DNA from: Somniosus microcephalus
Taxonomy: Eukaryota
Length of the DNA stretch: 64,000 nucleotides
NCBI GenBank assembly: GCA_052327205.1
Contig: CM126206.1
Span: 8,680,001-8,744,000 of the forward strand
Direction of reading: 5' to 3'
This document shows positions 53,911 through 64,000 of this stretch, piece by piece. The translations under genes were made by a program, and so were the position numbers. The notes under the pieces are model-generated. The model was not told where the DNA came from. It made no database searches and worked only from the letters and a program-made list of their open reading frames with translations. Positions within the stretch are counted from its first letter, which is position 1. The number at the start of each line of letters is the position of its first letter.

Positions 53911-54712
53911 TGTGCGAGGTATCTTGTGTGTTCGTGAGACCCTGAGGTGAGGCATTAACCGAGATCAACTTGTATTCAAACAAGCTGATCTATTCTGTTA
54001 TCTAACGGCAAAGAGTATACAGCCAAAGGGTTTATGCTTACGACTCTGGAGTACAATTCAGAATGTGGGATGATCGGGCCTTTCGCACCGAGGGACCTGG
54101 AGTGACTGTTTCCCTTGTACGGCGCTGTTGCTTGTAGATAGTTCTGGGCACCGAGCAGTTAGCTACTCTGCATCGATGCCTTTTCATTCTCCTCTCTTCC
54201 CTTCTGAGCTCATCCTCCTTTTATACCGTCTGTGGTAGCTCGAGTTATTAAGGAAATGCTACCATTGGAGTTGGGTTTTTCCCCGGTTCCGTTTTTGTGA
54301 TTACTGAGTGAACTGGAAGTTCAGCAGTTTCTGCAACATTGTCCATTATCGGGTTCTGACCATCATTATCTTATCATGTTCCAGCAATATCAACGTGGTT
54401 TAACAGTTTCAGCGGTTCTGTCGTTTAGTTGTAACATTGTTTTTACCGTGATGAATCCTTGTTCTTACAGTTTCAGCAGTTCTGCTTACTCCTCCGAATC
54501 TAGTCTCCCAACTTGGAGGTGCCTGTGAATTTAACTGCTTTGCTCAGAGATTGTAATTCATTATATCGACCAGGAGCAGGAAAGGTCTCTGCACAGACCT
54601 CTGGGGCCCCCTCTTTCCCCCTAAATCCCCGATTGCAACCGAGATCCCCTTACAACAACCTTTTGCTTCTGTTCATCCAATTGTTACCCATCCGTGTATC
54701 GAGGACCCTTCA
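53911..54712 (-). mobile_element. Candidate retrovirus-like solo LTR (802 bp)
   Basis: TG...CA ends with TGGC on both flanks; minus-strand order is TGAAGG start, internal direct repeats, TATAAAA (about 54220), AATAGA (about 53990). Confidence 0.5.
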
Positions 54713-56389
54713 TGGCCGCTGTATGTAAAACAGATCCTCGTGCAGTACTTTGTCAGAGACCTTTATGGACATCACGGTGCGCATGCCATATGCGGCTTCT
54801 CCCAATCACTTGGCAAAGTCACCATAATTCTCTAGTCAAGCTGAACCCCAGCCCTGTCCCAACATGTCTGCTGGGTCGGTGTAGTTCAGTGCTTCCTGCT
54901 GAGAGTCCTGACATGGGAATGCTGCACCACAGAGTGGTGGGACGTGGTTCTGTGCCTGCGATTCCTCACGAGTTGAACTCCTGATTTCGGTCATGAGAGA
55001 AGGAAGTGCAAGGTCGTTCTAAGGGGAACTGGGTCACAACGGAGTGGTGGAAGAGGCAGGGGGGGCGGGGGAGTACCCCAATGTGCTCTCCCAGGAGTTT
55101 ATGCTGGGACCTGTCTTTCGGAGGCAGGAAAAGCGATTCTATTTTAATGGATTCCTTTCACTTACTGTCTGGAAGCTGGGATAATCCGGCCTCCTAATAA
55201 CATTACCCTGTCACGTTGGCTGGAGAGGAGGAACAGCATTGAAAGTCCGCTCAGCCAGCATTGCATAGCTGGGTAACTTGTAACTAAATGCCTGTGCTTC
55301 CGTCCAATGAAGGCTAGAATACTGGAGTAAGCTAGCACAGTCGCATAACATTAGCAATACGTCTATATACTCACAAACGGGAGACCCATCGGGTGTTTCC
55401 AGGGAGCTGGCACAAAGCATGGGGACAGAGTACTCGCAGCCCCACTGGGTGATTTACACTAGAACAAAGGCACCTCCTGAGCATCGACTATCCTAACATA
55501 CGTGAATGTTAACTCATCCATCCAGAAAACCGGATTGCTGCAGTTCTGTAGTCAGAGTCTTGCATGCGCAGCATGTTACCTCAAAAGTACTTCATTGGCT
55601 GTAAAGCGCTTTGGGACGTCCTGAGGTCATGAAAGCCGCTATAGATAAAGTCTGCTTTTCTTTTTTCAAAAAATATCAGATAGCTCTTTCAAGGAGCCGG
55701 CGCAGGCACAATGAGCCAAATGGCCTCATTCATTGCAGTATGAGTCTATGATTTCTCTTATAGGGTCTTGTTTTTATTCCTTAGCTGCACTGTTACCTCA
55801 TGTCCTGCATTCCATGCACTTTACCCCCCAGCTCAGCATTGCAGAGACTTGCTATCTCCGTGTTATCAGTGGGTGAGAGCCAACAGCCTTACCTCATCTA
55901 CGCTTATGGTGGCTGTAAGACAATCATACAGATAAGCTTATCTACAAGGAGGCTGAGGCTACACAAAGAACAGGCGACTCCAGCTGTACCAGCCACGGAG
56001 AACGGAGTGTCTGTCAGGGCTGGTTTGGACACATTCCAAAATGTTCTTGGCAGCAGATGCCGTAAAAGCTGTCTGTTACAAAATGGAGTCTCCAATGTGA
56101 AATGGGTTCTTTAACACAGCCCAGTGCCACTCAGGCCAATTGTTAATCAGCACCCTCGATGAAGTCGGCTAACTCAGCATCGATGGAGCCTGGAACCTTC
56201 CCGGTCTTCCTAACTCCGCACCAGACCACACGAGATTTACCAGCTGAGACACAGGGGATGGGGGAAAATACTCCAGCTTAGACAGTATTTATTCAGATCG
56301 GACGGTTAGCACTGACCTACATCATGGTGTGCATCAGTGCTGTTAGATTGAGTTATGGGTTCTGACAGAAACCGAAAGGGAAACAAAAG

Positions 56390-57190
56390 CCCCGCCACAA
56401 ACTGCGTTCCCTCACCACCGACTCCATCCCTCTCCCTAACATCTGTCTGAGGCTGAACCACACTGGTCGCAACCTTGGTGTCATATTTAACCCTGAAATG
56501 AGCTGCCGACCACATATCCGCAGCCTAAGAAAGACCGCCTATTTCCACCTCCGTAACATCGCCCGTCTCCGCCCCTGCCTCAGCTCATCCGCTGCTAAAA
56601 CCCTCACCCGGGCCTTTGTTACCTTTAGACGACTATTCCAACACACTCCTGGCCGGCCTCCCACGTTCTACCCTACGTAAACTTGAGGTCATTCAAAACT
56701 CGGCTGCCCGCGTCCTAACTCGCACCAAGTCCCGTTAACCCATCACCCCTGTGCTCGCTGACCTACTTTGGCTCCCGGTTAAGCAACACCTCGATTTCAA
56801 AATTCTCATCCTTGTTTTCAAATCCCTCCATGGCCTCGCCCCTCCCTATCTCTGTAATCTCCTCCAGCCCCACAACCCCCCGAGATCTCTGCACTCCTCT
56901 AATTCTGGACTCTCGAGGATCTCTGATTATAATCGCTCAACCTTTGATGGCTGTGCCTTCAGCCGCCTGGGCCCCAAGCTCTGGAATTCCCTGCCTAAAC
57001 CTCTCCGCCTCGCTACCTCTCTCCTCCTTTAAGACGCTCCTTAAAGCCGACCTCTTTGACCAAGCTTTTGGTCACCTGCCCTAATATTTCCTTATGTGGC
57101 TCGGGGTCAAATTTTTTGTCTGATTATACTCCTGTGCAGCGCCTGGGGACGTTTTACTATGTTAAAGGTGCTATATAAATACAAGTTGTT
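56390..57190 (+). mobile_element. L2 LINE 3' fragment
   Basis: KTAYFHLRNIARLRP; LADLLWLPVKQHLDFKILILVFKSLHGLAPPYL; aaggtgctatataaat tail. Confidence 0.88.
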
Positions 57191-58430
57191 ATATAGCGCC
57201 TTTCACGACCACCGGATGCCCCAAAGCGCTTTACAGCCAATGAAGTATTTTTTGAAGTGTAGTCACTGTTGTAATGTAGGAAACGCGGCAGCCAATTGGC
57301 GCACAGCAAGCTCCCACAAACAGCAATGTGATCATGACCAGACAATCTGTTTTGGTGATGTTGGTTGAGGGATAAATATTGGCCTGGACACCGGGGAGAA
57401 CTCCCCTGCTCTTCTTTGAAATAGTGCCATAGGATCTTTTACGTCCACCCGAGAGAGCAGACGGGACCTCGGGTTAACATCTCATCTGAAAGACTGCACC
57501 TCTGACAGTGCAGCGCTCCCTCAGTACTGCCCCTCCGACAGTGCGGCGCTCCCTCGGTACTGCCCCTCCGACAGTGCAGCGCTCCCTCGGTACTGCCCCT
57601 CCGACAGTGCAGCACTCGCTCAGTACTGCCCCTCCGACAGTGCAGCGCTCCCTCAGTACTGACCCTCCGACAGTGCAGCGCTCCCTCAGTACTGACCCTC
57701 CGACAGTGCAGCGCTCCCTCAGTACTACTCCGACAGTGCGGCGCTCCCTCAGTACTGCCCCTCCGACAGTGCAGCGCTCCCTCAGTACTGCCCCTCCGAC
57801 AGTGCAGCACTCCCTCAGTACTGCCCCTCCGACAGTGCAGCGCTCCCTCAGTACTGCCCCTCCGACAGTGCAGCGCTCCCTCAGTACTGCCCCTCCGACA
57901 GTGCAGCACTCCCTCAGTACTGCCCCTCTGACAGTGCAGCGCTCCCTCAGTACTGCCCCTCCGACAGTGCAGCGCTCCCTCAGTACTGCCCCTCCGACAG
58001 TGCAGCGCTCCCTCAGTACTGATCCTCCGACAGTGCAGCGCTCCCTCAGTACTGACCCTCCGACAGTGCGGCACTCCCTCAGTACTGCCCCTCCGACAGT
58101 GCGGCGCTCCCTCAGTACTGCCCCTCCGACAGTGCAGCGCTCCCTCAGTACTTCCCCTCCGACAGTGCGGCGCTCCCTCAGTACTGCCCCTCCGACAGTG
58201 CGGCGCTCCCTCAGTACTGCCCCTCCGACAGTGCGGCGCTCCCTCAGTACTGCCCCCTCCGACAGTGCAGCGCTCCCTCAGTACTGCCCCTCCGACAGTG
58301 CAGCGCTCCCTCAGTACTGCACTGGAGTGTCAGCCTTGCTTTTAGTGCTCAAGTCCCTGGACTCTTGGAGTGGGACTTGAAGCCACAATCTCTTGACTCA
58401 GAGGCGAGGGTACTACCAACTGAGCCACGA
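57190..58430 (-). mobile_element. DeuSINE with an internal tandem expansion
   Basis: Reverse complement of the 312-700 family; head ends at ccaactgagcca (about 58428). Confidence 0.82.
57504..58320. repeat. 33-bp minisatellite derived from the SINE, about 25 copies
   Basis: Unit gacagtgcagcgctccctcagtactgcccctcc; single-copy reverse equivalent at 391-421. Confidence 0.95.
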
Positions 58431-58637
58431 CTTACAGAAAGAAAAGTTGTATCTAGATAGTGTCTTAGTACGCACTTCATACTCCAGGAATTACTTCAAA
58501 GTGCCGTGACTATTTTGCATGCAGCAAGTTCCCACATACAGCAATGGCTAGTTTACCTGCCTTGGGTTGTGGTGGTTGCGGGAGGAATATTGGCCAGGAC
58601 TTCAGTTGGATATCGTGCGGTTGCTGCTTGACTCTAA

Positions 58638-64000
<5,363 letters not shown>

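Overview
Vertebrate (cartilaginous-fish/shark-like, inferred from the CR1, L2, DeuSINE and Penelope content) genomic DNA dominated by repeats. One protein-coding gene is recognisable. PPP1R16A (MYPT3, ankyrin-repeat PP1 regulatory subunit) runs on the + strand as eight phase-compatible coding exons from 12592 to 58849; its last exons, including the CAAX end, lie beyond the window. Introns hold CR1, L2 and other LINE fragments, SINEs, a full-length but mutated Mag-type Gypsy LTR element nested in a CR1, two candidate solo LTRs, a TIR-bounded MITE, Penelope fragments and nine tandem arrays (about 13 kb). The most unusual feature is that the exon-8 5' splice donor is itself the first unit of a more than 5 kb array of roughly 140 donor-containing 36-bp repeats.
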